From: a virus
Lineage: Duplodnaviria; Caudoviricetes
Reading direction: 5' to 3' (one strand)
DNA length: 64,000 nucleotides
Virus record (IMG/VR): IMGVR_UViG_2974623298_000001
Coordinates: 1 to 64,000 of that record
The notes under the pieces were generated by a model. That model saw only the letters and a list, made by a program, of their open reading frames with translations, was not told the origin of the DNA and ran no database searches. A program made the translations under genes and the position numbers. Of the stretch, positions 37,511 to 45,660 are shown piece by piece; positions within the stretch are counted from its first letter, which is position 1; each line of letters starts with the position of its first letter.

Positions 37511-37978
37511 ATGACCAACAACTTGCCACAGGCTCCCGGCTCGGTGCCGGTTGTCGGGCCGAACATCTTCAACATCCGCTCGAAGAACGATTTCATCGGG
37601 CTGCTGTATTACTTCATCCCGCTCACGATGGGATTGCTCGTTCTCTACGGAGCGCTCGACAACAACACGGCACTCTTCTGGGGTGGCGCAGCCACCTCGC
37701 TGATCCAGCTGGTGTTCCAGTACACGCGGACCCAGGAGTTCGCACGGCGAGCGATCTATCTCGTGCTGAACCTGATCAACGCCGGACTGCTGGTCTACGT
37801 CGCGGGCTGGACCCCGCAGCACCTCGAGAACCTGATGCCCCTGCTGTCCCTCCTCCTGGGCGGAAGCGCCGCAGGTATCGCCAGCCAGAACGTGAACACC
37901 TCCGGTGACGGGACTGTGGTCCGGGTGGTCGAGGGTTCTGTCGTGGACGAGCCCCCGAACGCCCCCGGCTCTTACTGA
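37511..37978 (+). CDS. holin (about 4 TM helices)
   Basis: hydrophobic segments, GIASQNV tail, RBS AGGAGG, upstream of lysins. Confidence 0.75.
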   Translation: MTNNLPQAPGSVPVVGPNIFNIRSKNDFIGLLYYFIPLTMGLLVLYGALDNNTALFWGGAATSLIQLVFQYTRTQEFARRAIYLVLNLINAGLLVYVAGWTPQHLENLMPLLSLLLGGSAAGIASQNVNTSGDGTVVRVVEGSVVDEPPNAPGSY

Positions 37979-37992
37979 GCGAGGGCGAAACT

Positions 37993-38034
37993 CCAAACGC
38001 GGATCAGGGTCCCCCCGCCCTGGTCCGCGTTTGG
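37993..38034. terminator. 17-bp hairpin after the holin
   Basis: ccaaacgcggatcaggg / ccctggtccgcgtttgg. Confidence 0.75.
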
Positions 38035-38058
38035 TCTATCAGACGCTAGGACAAAGAC

Positions 38059-38382
38059 ATGATTGTCTACCACAGAAACAATTACAAGCCGGAGTCTTAT
38101 CCCGAGACCGAGCACCACGTGCGGCAGCACATCTCTGCTATTGCCAGCCCCTCGGATGATCCGACAGAGTTCTACGACGCCGTCGAGATCGAGACGAGCG
38201 AGATTGATGGCGGTGGCATCCGCGTGTACGGACAGCTCGATCGCGACCCAGCCTGTGACTACACAGTGCCCGATGACTTCGAGATGCCCGACGAGTCCGA
38301 GTACCAGCAGGGCTTCGGTGTCCGCGATATGACGCCCGAAGAGCTGGAACAACACCTGATCGAGAAGGAGAATCGCAAGTGA
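38059..38382 (+). CDS. acidic hypothetical protein in the lysis cassette
   Basis: 107 aa, coupled to the amidase. Confidence 0.7.
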   Translation: MIVYHRNNYKPESYPETEHHVRQHISAIASPSDDPTEFYDAVEIETSEIDGGGIRVYGQLDRDPACDYTVPDDFEMPDESEYQQGFGVRDMTPEELEQHLIEKENRK

Positions 38383-39011
38383 ACGGTGTCGAAGTCGTCG
38401 GCGCCATCGCGCGCAGGTTCGTTCAGCTCGGAGGTAAGTCCGTCTACACGCGCGGCTGGGAGCGCAGAGGTAACGGCCAAGCCCCTGCCTACGAGGGCCT
38501 CGTCATTCACCACACTGCCGGAGGTCGCAATGTCAACATCGACCAGATCCTCATTGACGGACGCTGGGACCTCCCCGGTCCGCTCTGCAACTTCTGCATC
38601 ATGTATGACGGCGACCTTGGTATCATCTCTGCGAACCCTGCGAACCACGCTGGCGCAAGCGGCGGTTGGGATACTGCGCCGCTTCCGCGAACAGGTCTCT
38701 TCAACAGCAAGGTCCTGGGTTGCGAGGTCCAGTACCCCGGTGTCGAGCCCATGGCCCAGGTTCAGTACGAGTCCTGCAAGCGCCTTTCGGTTGCCACGAT
38801 GGAGGTTCTCGGTCGCCCCGGCCAGTTCGACCGGGTGAAGTTTCACCAGGGAACATCCATCGAGGGCAAGTGGGACCCCGGCTACGCGAACGGTAAGACC
38901 TACGGCATCTCCCAGTTCCGCAATGACGTTCGAGGTATGCGCCAGGGCGAGGACGAGAACAGTGCTGACTGGCTCGACAATCAGCGCCAGCTGTTTGGAT
39001 ACCCACAATGA
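38379..39011 (+). CDS. lysin A part 1, N-acetylmuramoyl-L-alanine amidase
   Basis: VIHHTAG, ANHAG, LGCEVQ, FHQ...KWDPG Zn-amidase motifs. Confidence 0.88.
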   Translation: MNGVEVVGAIARRFVQLGGKSVYTRGWERRGNGQAPAYEGLVIHHTAGGRNVNIDQILIDGRWDLPGPLCNFCIMYDGDLGIISANPANHAGASGGWDTAPLPRTGLFNSKVLGCEVQYPGVEPMAQVQYESCKRLSVATMEVLGRPGQFDRVKFHQGTSIEGKWDPGYANGKTYGISQFRNDVRGMRQGEDENSADWLDNQRQLFGYPQ

Positions 39012-39844
39012 CAACGCGCTACCACCCCCTGAAGAAAGGGTATGTGGTTACCAGCCCGTTCGGTTGGCGCACGTGGGACAATGCAGTGCACTACGGCATT
39101 GACTTCGGAGCCTCTAACGGTACCGCCGCCGGATGGGACGTGTACGCCATACAGGCTGGCACGGTATTGCATTCCGGCGCAGCGATCGGCTACGGTGGGC
39201 CGGACCCTGCGGGCTGGATCGTGATTGATTCGGACGACTCGCAGGGCAGTGGTGTGTTCGAGTACGGCCACATCGTCCGCGAAAGCTGGGTCAAGCCGGG
39301 TGCACGCGTCGCTGCCGGTCAGAAGATCGGTCGGGTCAACGGCTCGAAGCTGACCAACGGCAACGTGGACCCACACCTGCATGTCTCGTACATGCCTTAC
39401 GAGTACAACCCGAGCAAGAAGATGGACTTCGCGCCACGCCTCAGGGGTGCTCTCTACGCGGGCGAAAAGCCTGCACCCGCACCGGCACCCAAGCCTGTGC
39501 CAAACGAAGGAGGAACTATGAGTCACGCATCGGATGTGCGCGTCCAGCTCAGAGGACCAGGCGACAACGGGTGGGTAGCACTCGCCCCACAGCCCGATGA
39601 AAAGGGCAATCGCTTCAGCATCTTCAAGGGCAAGAACGTCACCGCCCAGACGGTGGTCGAGGGTCTCGCGACGGTGATCTTCGAACTCACCTATCGCCTG
39701 CCGAACACGGGTCGAGGCTTCGAGAACTACCGGGGCCGCAAGGGCGACACCGTCCTCGGCCTGGCCGGAAACGCAGCTGCGATCGCCGCAGAGAACCAGG
39801 AGATTCTGCGGGACATCCAGCGCAAGCTCGACGCGCAGGCATAG
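39008..39844 (+). CDS. lysin A part 2, M23 peptidase with C-terminal cell-wall-binding region
   Basis: HYGIDF, YGH, PHLH motifs. Confidence 0.9.
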   Translation: MTTRYHPLKKGYVVTSPFGWRTWDNAVHYGIDFGASNGTAAGWDVYAIQAGTVLHSGAAIGYGGPDPAGWIVIDSDDSQGSGVFEYGHIVRESWVKPGARVAAGQKIGRVNGSKLTNGNVDPHLHVSYMPYEYNPSKKMDFAPRLRGALYAGEKPAPAPAPKPVPNEGGTMSHASDVRVQLRGPGDNGWVALAPQPDEKGNRFSIFKGKNVTAQTVVEGLATVIFELTYRLPNTGRGFENYRGRKGDTVLGLAGNAAAIAAENQEILRDIQRKLDAQA

Positions 39845-39847
39845 GGA

Positions 39848-40294
39848 ATGGCCAGGGGGATGGGGCCATTCAAGAAAGTCCCGGAAGCGCGTGACAAGGT
39901 GGAAGCCTTGCGCGTTTTTCTTGCGATCGAGGCTTACGCACTGAGCCTGTTCGCTATCTATTACGGCACACTGACGTTCAGGTTTAGCGATAGCCTGTGG
40001 CCTCCGAACCGGAGTGCCTCGTCCGTGCCGTATGCCCCAGAGTCCTGGGGTACTGTAATAATCATTATCGCTGTGCTTACCATCATCGTCTCCTCGCGGA
40101 GGCTGAAGTGGTCTAAGTACGTGTCATGGACAATGAGAACGATGTGTCTGGTATGGGGAGTCTTCTCCATCACGTTCTTCGTTGACATCATGAATGGAGC
40201 GCCACCAACAGCTTACCCGCCAATGGGATCGTACCTCCTCCTGGCAGTGGTGTGCGCTAACAGAGCTAGCCTGGAGGATCAATGGAGAGAATGA
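39848..40294 (+). CDS. membrane protein (about 4 TM)
   Basis: hydrophobic helices; lysis-cassette position. Confidence 0.7.
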   Translation: MARGMGPFKKVPEARDKVEALRVFLAIEAYALSLFAIYYGTLTFRFSDSLWPPNRSASSVPYAPESWGTVIIIIAVLTIIVSSRRLKWSKYVSWTMRTMCLVWGVFSITFFVDIMNGAPPTAYPPMGSYLLLAVVCANRASLEDQWRE

Positions 40295-40833
40295 AGCGCG
40301 CCGTCCGTGTTGGCGCAGGTACATTTCGCAAGACAATACGAGCTGTATTTGGTCACACGAGGATCGTTGCTTCAGGCTCATACCCCCTATACAGGTTGAT
40401 CTGTATAGGGGGCGTTATATCAGCAGTACTCACACTGTCATACAGGTCTTGGCCAGCATCTTTTGCCGAGACAACCGACGACAGTACTGTTGCAGGTGTA
40501 ATCTTCAGTGCAATGCAATTGGCAGGGTGCGTTTCAGTTCTCGCTGGAATGTACTTCCATGCGGACGCCGATCCGCTGCCATCGAAGGTTCAGAAGTCGC
40601 TGGCAATCGAGCGGTTCGGAACCGTTCTACTGATTCCAGTAATCGCCGCCTACACCTACGGCGTCATCAAGTCCAACGGTGGGCCACCCACCACTTGGGC
40701 CACGCTGTGTCTAGCGGCCTTTGGTATTTATCTTGTGCTCAGGTTCCTAGAAATAGGGAGAGCACTCGAGGAGGTGCAGCGTCCAATTGAGCAATGTGAC
40801 GGACACGACTGCAAGGAGCTGAGGAGTGAATGA
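40282..40833 (+). CDS. membrane protein (about 4 TM)
   Basis: hydrophobic helices. Confidence 0.7.
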   Translation: MERMKRAVRVGAGTFRKTIRAVFGHTRIVASGSYPLYRLICIGGVISAVLTLSYRSWPASFAETTDDSTVAGVIFSAMQLAGCVSVLAGMYFHADADPLPSKVQKSLAIERFGTVLLIPVIAAYTYGVIKSNGGPPTTWATLCLAAFGIYLVLRFLEIGRALEEVQRPIEQCDGHDCKELRSE

Positions 40834-41158
40834 CATCATCACTCTGCTGCTTGGTGGGGGGCTCGCCGCGAGTGTCATCGAAGCAATCAAGTTCGTTACA
40901 ACACGCAGACAGGTAAAGCGTAAGGACGAGGCTGCATCTCAGAACGAAGAGGCCTCAGCCCAGGCCACAATCGGCGGGGCATGGAAAGATCTCTGGCAGA
41001 CTAACGATCAGTGGAACCAGCAGCTGAACGGTCTACTACAGAGGGAAAGGGAGAAGGGCGAACTGTACGTGGATATTATCCAGGCTGCAGCCGACCTTCT
41101 CCCTCCCGACAAAGCTGATCCGATACTCGATCGGATGTACAAGGTGCGTCGGACCTAG
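40826..41158 (+). CDS. N-terminal TM plus coiled-coil protein
   Basis: IITLLLGGGLAASVIEAI followed by helical tail. Confidence 0.7.
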   Translation: MNDIITLLLGGGLAASVIEAIKFVTTRRQVKRKDEAASQNEEASAQATIGGAWKDLWQTNDQWNQQLNGLLQREREKGELYVDIIQAAADLLPPDKADPILDRMYKVRRT

Positions 41159-41394
41159 TATTCAGAGTCCATACGGTGTCGAGGCTGGGGGGTCTCGTCC
41201 CGAACGAGCGGGCCACGGCGGCTGAAGTCGTGGCCCGCTTCTTCTGTGCAATTCTTGTCGGTGCCCTCTAGGTGCCCGCAGTGGCTGCAATACTTCTTCA
41301 TTACTGTCACCCCCAATACTCGGTTGAGAAACAGACCCAGTGTGACCATGCCGCCGATGATGCAGCAATAGAGCACTAAGGCATACCAGTTCAT
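41155..41394 (-). CDS. small membrane protein with CxxC
   Basis: N-terminal TM, YCSHCGH. Confidence 0.6.
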   Translation of the reverse strand: MNWYALVLYCCIIGGMVTLGLFLNRVLGVTVMKKYCSHCGHLEGTDKNCTEEAGHDFSRRGPLVRDETPQPRHRMDSEY

Positions 41395-41396
41395 TA

Positions 41397-42602
41397 CTAC
41401 TCCTTGATGAGCCGCTGCACTACCTTGGGCTTGGGCTCGCCGATGCTCTCCTGGACGGAAGAACGAAGCCTCGATTTCTGAGCCGCGTTCAGTGCGTTGC
41501 CATTCAGGAGCTTGTCAATTTCACTGTTGTTGATTCTGCCAAGTGCTGCGAAGAGGTTATCTCCGATGATCTCGCGTACGGTAGCAGGATCGTAGGACTT
41601 CCGACGCGACGACTTGAACACAACATGGAAGTCATCCGTGTCATACTCGGTCTCGTCGGAGTCCATTGCATCTTCGATCAGCTTCTCCATCACTTCTTCG
41701 ATGGCGTACTTGATCGCCTTCTGTGCACCCTCGAGTTCGAGGTACCGCTTCGCCATCTCGTTGCGGTCGCCAGCCAGGGCCATTATCCCGCCTGCCTGAA
41801 CGTTCTTCGTCAGGACGGGGCACGTAGCTTTCACTACGCAGAACTGGCATTCCGCATTGAGCGTACGCTTGCCGGGCTCGGGCTCTGCGATGATACGCTC
41901 GGCCACCCGACGCACGTACTTCCAAGTAGCCACGTTGTCGTCGCGGGTGAACTTCACTTCGACCGGGTCATACCGGAGCTGATCGAAGCAAACCCAAATC
42001 TCGTCGGGCTCCAGCTCGAACCCGAGCTCCTTGGCGATCTCGTTCTTGGCCAGCATGATAGCCAGTCCATACAGGCGACCCTGCGCCTTCTGTCGCAGAC
42101 CCTGCGGCGTGAGGTGCTGACGCCAGGTCTTGTAGTCGACGACCCGAACAATCTTCTTGCCGTTCTCCTCGAACATGTCGAGGCGGTCGAAGATGAAAGT
42201 GTAGGGCACCTCACCGATCGAGGTCTTAATGGTGACCCTGATCTTGCGCTCGACCATGAGCACCTGCACCTTTTCAAGATCGGTGCGGGAGAACCAGCGT
42301 TCGAGCATGTCGATGCCGTCGTTGTACATGTCGTCTTTGGAATCTGGAATGCGCATGAATTGCTTCATGAACTCCTGCTTGAAGTAAGCAACGAGTACGT
42401 TCCAGTCTAGCTCGTCGCGGGTCTTGCTGATGAACACTTCATCAATGATCCGCTCGAGAACGTCGTGCACGGCGGACCCCAGCTTAGCTGGGTCCGAGCT
42501 ACCCCCTGGACTCGGCGTGCGCTTAACCATCTCAGCGTGGTATCGGAAGGTACAACCCTCGAACACCTGGATGGAGGATGCCGAGATGGTTTTGAGTTCC
42601 AC
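41397..42602 (-). CDS. RecB/Cas4-like PD-(D/E)XK exonuclease
   Basis: ISASS...C, GS.VH, DRLD...VVDYKT, Q.RLY, CQFC.VKATC; GTG start overlaps WhiB stop (TAGTG). Confidence 0.85.
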   Translation of the reverse strand: MELKTISASSIQVFEGCTFRYHAEMVKRTPSPGGSSDPAKLGSAVHDVLERIIDEVFISKTRDELDWNVLVAYFKQEFMKQFMRIPDSKDDMYNDGIDMLERWFSRTDLEKVQVLMVERKIRVTIKTSIGEVPYTFIFDRLDMFEENGKKIVRVVDYKTWRQHLTPQGLRQKAQGRLYGLAIMLAKNEIAKELGFELEPDEIWVCFDQLRYDPVEVKFTRDDNVATWKYVRRVAERIIAEPEPGKRTLNAECQFCVVKATCPVLTKNVQAGGIMALAGDRNEMAKRYLELEGAQKAIKYAIEEVMEKLIEDAMDSDETEYDTDDFHVVFKSSRRKSYDPATVREIIGDNLFAALGRINNSEIDKLLNGNALNAAQKSRLRSSVQESIGEPKPKVVQRLIKE

Positions 42603-42814
42603 TACTTGTTTCCCCTCTTCGTAGTTATGCCGCCCCAGATACCGTCGGTCGAACCAGTGCGTTCTCGATAGTCGAGGCACTCGAGTTTCACTGGGCAGCT
42701 CATGCAAATCTTCTTCGCGCGGTTAGCGCGGGCCGCTTGTCCCCGGCCAGGGAAGAAGGCGTCCGGGTCGTGATACCCTACACAGAGGGCGCGGCGGGTC
42801 CACTCTTCGGGGGC
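42602..42814 (-). CDS. whiB: WhiB-family Fe-S transcription factor, absent from ORF track, no in-frame start codon
   Basis: own translation: EEWTRRALCVGYHDPDAFFPGRGQAARANRAKKICMSCPVKLECLDYRERTGSTDGIWGGITTKRGNK*; C-x25-CxxC-x5-C plus GIWGG. Confidence 0.9.
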   Translation of the reverse strand, partial: APEEWTRRALCVGYHDPDAFFPGRGQAARANRAKKICMSCPVKLECLDYRERTGSTDGIWGGITTKRGNK

Positions 42815-43200
42815 GAGACTGAAGGCGGCTTCGGGGGCGTCGGCTCCGGGCTCTCCGAACTCTTCTCCTTCTCCACAGTCGCAGGACTCTCCTGTTCGAT
42901 CGGGTCGAAGAGCGAGGGCTGCGCAGATTCCGTTGCACCTAAAGGGCGGCGGCCCCCGGACATCTCGAGCTCGAACGCTGTCGTCGGTTCGCCATCACCG
43001 AGAAGCTCGTCAGCGTCAGCTTCGGCATCGGCCTTGGCCTTCTCTTCCGACTGAAATGCCGTCTGTTGCAGGTGCTGCTCGAAGGCGGTTTGTGTGGGAG
43101 CCTTGGCTCGGAAGTCCTGATACCCGTCCTGATCCATCCCTCCGCGTACGGGATGCAACTCGTTGGGTCCAGCGGGCATCTTGAACTGCTGTTCAGTCAC
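42778..43200 (-). CDS. acidic/Pro-rich protein; candidate zero-frame partner of WhiB
   Basis: 140 aa, RBS AAGGAG, contains C_CCT_TTA at 42946-42940. Confidence 0.75.
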   Translation of the reverse strand: MTEQQFKMPAGPNELHPVRGGMDQDGYQDFRAKAPTQTAFEQHLQQTAFQSEEKAKADAEADADELLGDGEPTTAFELEMSGGRRPLGATESAQPSLFDPIEQESPATVEKEKSSESPEPTPPKPPSVSPPKSGPAAPSV

Positions 43201-43260
43201 TGCGTCTCCTTGTAGGTGGTGCTAGGGGGTGTCCGGTTACGTTAGCATACCGGCGCGGGG

Positions 43261-43392
43261 TTAACCCACAAATGCCGCGCGGCGCTCCACGATGTCCCAG
43301 AAATACTCTTGCATGAATGCACCCAGCATCACTCGTGCCCGCCTCTCGGGAGAGGTCCACCAGTGCTTGCGGTGCTTACTTCGTTTGAACAT
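43261..43392 (-). CDS. small hypothetical protein (43 aa)
   Basis: own translation MFKRSKHRKHWW...; TAATG coupling. Confidence 0.5.
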   Translation of the reverse strand: MFKRSKHRKHWWTSPERRARVMLGAFMQEYFWDIVERRAAFVG

Positions 43393-43769
43393 TACTTCCT
43401 CCTCGATACCCCGGACGGACCCTTTGGCGGGATACGGCTCGGAGGCTTAGGTGGGTTGTGTGTGGGGAACTTGAACAGGGTCCATCTGCCGTTGAAGTTT
43501 ATATTCCTACTGTTCATGTACTTGCGGCGCAGTTTCTTGGCCTTGCGTCGATCCCGCCAGGTCATTTCGGATTCGTGCCACCACTCCCCCTTAGCAATGA
43601 ACACCGCGCCACATTCGGGACACAGCCAGAACGAGTCGCGTGGAGCTTTAGGTTCGAAGAACGGATGCCAAAATCCATTCTCGTCAACGTCTTCGCCCCA
43701 CTTCGGAGGTGTGCAGTCCTCGCCGGGGTACCGCTCTACTTTCTTCTTGGGTGACCATACGATAGGCAT
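43392..43769 (-). CDS. Zn-ribbon hypothetical protein
   Basis: WLCPECG; start re-called at MPIVW. Confidence 0.6.
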   Translation of the reverse strand: MPIVWSPKKKVERYPGEDCTPPKWGEDVDENGFWHPFFEPKAPRDSFWLCPECGAVFIAKGEWWHESEMTWRDRRKAKKLRRKYMNSRNINFNGRWTLFKFPTHNPPKPPSRIPPKGPSGVSRRK

Positions 43770-43771
43770 GG

Positions 43772-43867
43772 TCACCCCAATGCTGACAAGCCGATGCCGA
43801 TGCTGACACCAGCGACGATCATGAGTATGGCCAGCTTGAGTACCAGACTCCAGGTCAACCAGTCCAT
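43772..43867 (-). CDS. 31-aa single-TM peptide
   Basis: MDWLTWSLVLKLAILMIVAGVSIGIGLSALG. Confidence 0.5.
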   Translation of the reverse strand: MDWLTWSLVLKLAILMIVAGVSIGIGLSALG

Positions 43868-44001
43868 TACAGTCTTCCCATCTTCCGTAGCCGTTCGATC
43901 TCGAACACGCCGAGCTGCTTCCAGCCCGCCATACGCTTCCAGTGAGACCCACAGACGGGGCACTGAACCACGGTGCCCTCGTCCTCGGTCTCGCGTGCCA
44001 T
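43867..44001 (-). CDS. 44-aa CxxC protein
   Basis: own translation MARETEDEGTVVQCPVCGSHW...; TAATG coupling. Confidence 0.55.
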   Translation of the reverse strand: MARETEDEGTVVQCPVCGSHWKRMAGWKQLGVFEIERLRKMGRL

Positions 44002-44020
44002 GACTACCTTGTCACAGCAC

Positions 44021-44743
44021 TCACGCAAAGTCGGCGAACATGTCATCGCCTTCTTCCTCCAGCTTCTTAGCGGACTCGAGGAAGTTGCGCTCGTCTAGCT
44101 CGATCGCAACGGCATTGCGACCACAGTTGCGAGCGGCCCGCACGAGGCTTCCCGACCCACCGAAGGGGTCCACGAGGAACGCACCCTCCTGGGTGGAGTG
44201 CTTGATAAGAGTCTCCAGCAAAGCCGGTGGCTTCTCGTGCGGATGAATGAGCTCATTCGGCCGGAGCTGCGAGAAATGCAGTACACCGTTGCGCCGCTTG
44301 GCGTAGCGAGGCGCACGACCCTTCTTGAAGAAGATGATGAACTCATGACCCTGTCCCCATGATTCAAGATCGCCCATTCCAGGGCCATCCTTCTCCCATA
44401 CCAGGACAGCCTTGCGAACAAAGCCGAACTGCGCGCAGAACTCGTCGAGCATGACCAGCCAGTCCGAGAGAACCTGGTACGCGGTGAAGACGTAGAGGTC
44501 GCAGTCGGGCTTGGTCTTGGTGAGCAGGACCGACATGACCTCCTTGAACACCTTGATTGCGATCTCGGGGGACTCATCATTGGCGATCTTGCGCGCATAC
44601 TTCTTGCCGCCCTCCGTGACGGCCATGTTGGAGAGGTTGTCGACTCCGAAAGGAGGGTCGGTGATGATGCAATCCACCGAGTTCTCATTAAAGACTTTAC
44701 AGAGTTCTGCGGAGTCGCCCTGCCAGATCTGATGAATCTTCAC
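44021..44743 (-). CDS. N6-adenine/N4-cytosine DNA methyltransferase (beta class)
   Basis: IITDPPFG, HPHEKP, VDPFGGSGS. Confidence 0.9.
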   Translation of the reverse strand: MKIHQIWQGDSAELCKVFNENSVDCIITDPPFGVDNLSNMAVTEGGKKYARKIANDESPEIAIKVFKEVMSVLLTKTKPDCDLYVFTAYQVLSDWLVMLDEFCAQFGFVRKAVLVWEKDGPGMGDLESWGQGHEFIIFFKKGRAPRYAKRRNGVLHFSQLRPNELIHPHEKPPALLETLIKHSTQEGAFLVDPFGGSGSLVRAARNCGRNAVAIELDERNFLESAKKLEEEGDDMFADFA

Positions 44744-44744
44744 G

Positions 44745-45140
44745 CTACCTCGTGTTCCCTGTCTTGTGGAAGAAGTCGTAGTCGTCGAGCGCAGCCATGC
44801 GGTGCGTGACCTTCTCGGTCAGGCGCATCATGTTCTCTGCCCCAACTTCGAGCTTCGCCATCCGACCCTTGTTGGTGTCAGTCACGAGAACCGTTACCTT
44901 GAAGGGTGGGTCGTTCGTATCATTACTCATGTCAACCTCTTCTAGTGTTGCTCTTGCTAGCTTGCCGCTCGAATCCACGTAGCTGGGGAATATACAGCAC
45001 ACGAAGTTATGTTCGTGAATCCACTTATTCCGTATGTGGGGTGGAGCTTTCTTGATTGGATAGCCGCATATTGCGCAGCAAGGGGAAGCCGGCCTTGCCC
45101 CTACCGGCTCGTGTGTACCCTCAACTTCCACTTTACACAC
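44745..45140 (-). CDS. hypothetical protein (start uncertain)
   Basis: 131-aa ORF with CAICG. Confidence 0.5.
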   Translation of the reverse strand: MCKVEVEGTHEPVGARPASPCCAICGYPIKKAPPHIRNKWIHEHNFVCCIFPSYVDSSGKLARATLEEVDMSNDTNDPPFKVTVLVTDTNKGRMAKLEVGAENMMRLTEKVTHRMAALDDYDFFHKTGNTR

Positions 45141-45152
45141 CGCCCAGCGCGA

Positions 45153-45431
45153 TCAGTCGTCGATCTCGATCTCTTCGTCCTCTTCGATCTCGAGTTCCTC
45201 GAGCTTGATCTCGGTGACCCGCCCGCCGAGGTAGTCGGTGAGAGCCTCGGTCAGCTCCGCGCCCTCGTTGTCGATGAAGTCCTCGAGCGTGGAGGTGGCG
45301 ACCTCCACCTTCTGGTCGGTGGTCAGCTCCTCGGTGTCCTCGATGTCGTTGTCGGACATGAGGTCTTCGAGCAGGTCGTCATCGAGGGTGATGGCGCCTT
45401 CTTCGACCTTGATCTTCAGGGTCACGATCAT
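45153..45431 (-). CDS. very acidic small protein
   Basis: D/E-rich; RBS AGGAGG. Confidence 0.7.
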   Translation of the reverse strand: MIVTLKIKVEEGAITLDDDLLEDLMSDNDIEDTEELTTDQKVEVATSTLEDFIDNEGAELTEALTDYLGGRVTEIKLEELEIEEDEEIEIDD

Positions 45432-45432
45432 T

Positions 45433-45660
45433 TCAGTTACCTCCTGTGTTGGTTGCGATCTCGTCAATGGACAAGACCTTTACGGTGACATCGCCACCGA
45501 AGTTGTAGATGACATCTTCGAGCGCGACCTCGCCGGACTCGAACATGTCAAGGTCGTACTTGACAGCTTCCTCGGGAGTGCGGACCGGAGTCTCGGCGCA
45601 CTTGTAGTTGTCGAGGTCGATCTTCGGGTCTTCGATCTCGACGATCAGGTTGATCTTCAC
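45433..45660 (-). CDS. hypothetical protein
   Basis: 75 aa, coupled. Confidence 0.65.
   Translation of the reverse strand: MKINLIVEIEDPKIDLDNYKCAETPVRTPEEAVKYDLDMFESGEVALEDVIYNFGGDVTVKVLSIDEIATNTGGN

Noticed and set aside
41397-42602. Cas4-like nuclease as evidence of a CRISPR system
   Set aside because: No repeat-spacer array or other cas genes seen; solo Cas4/RecB-like nucleases are common phage recombination enzymes.
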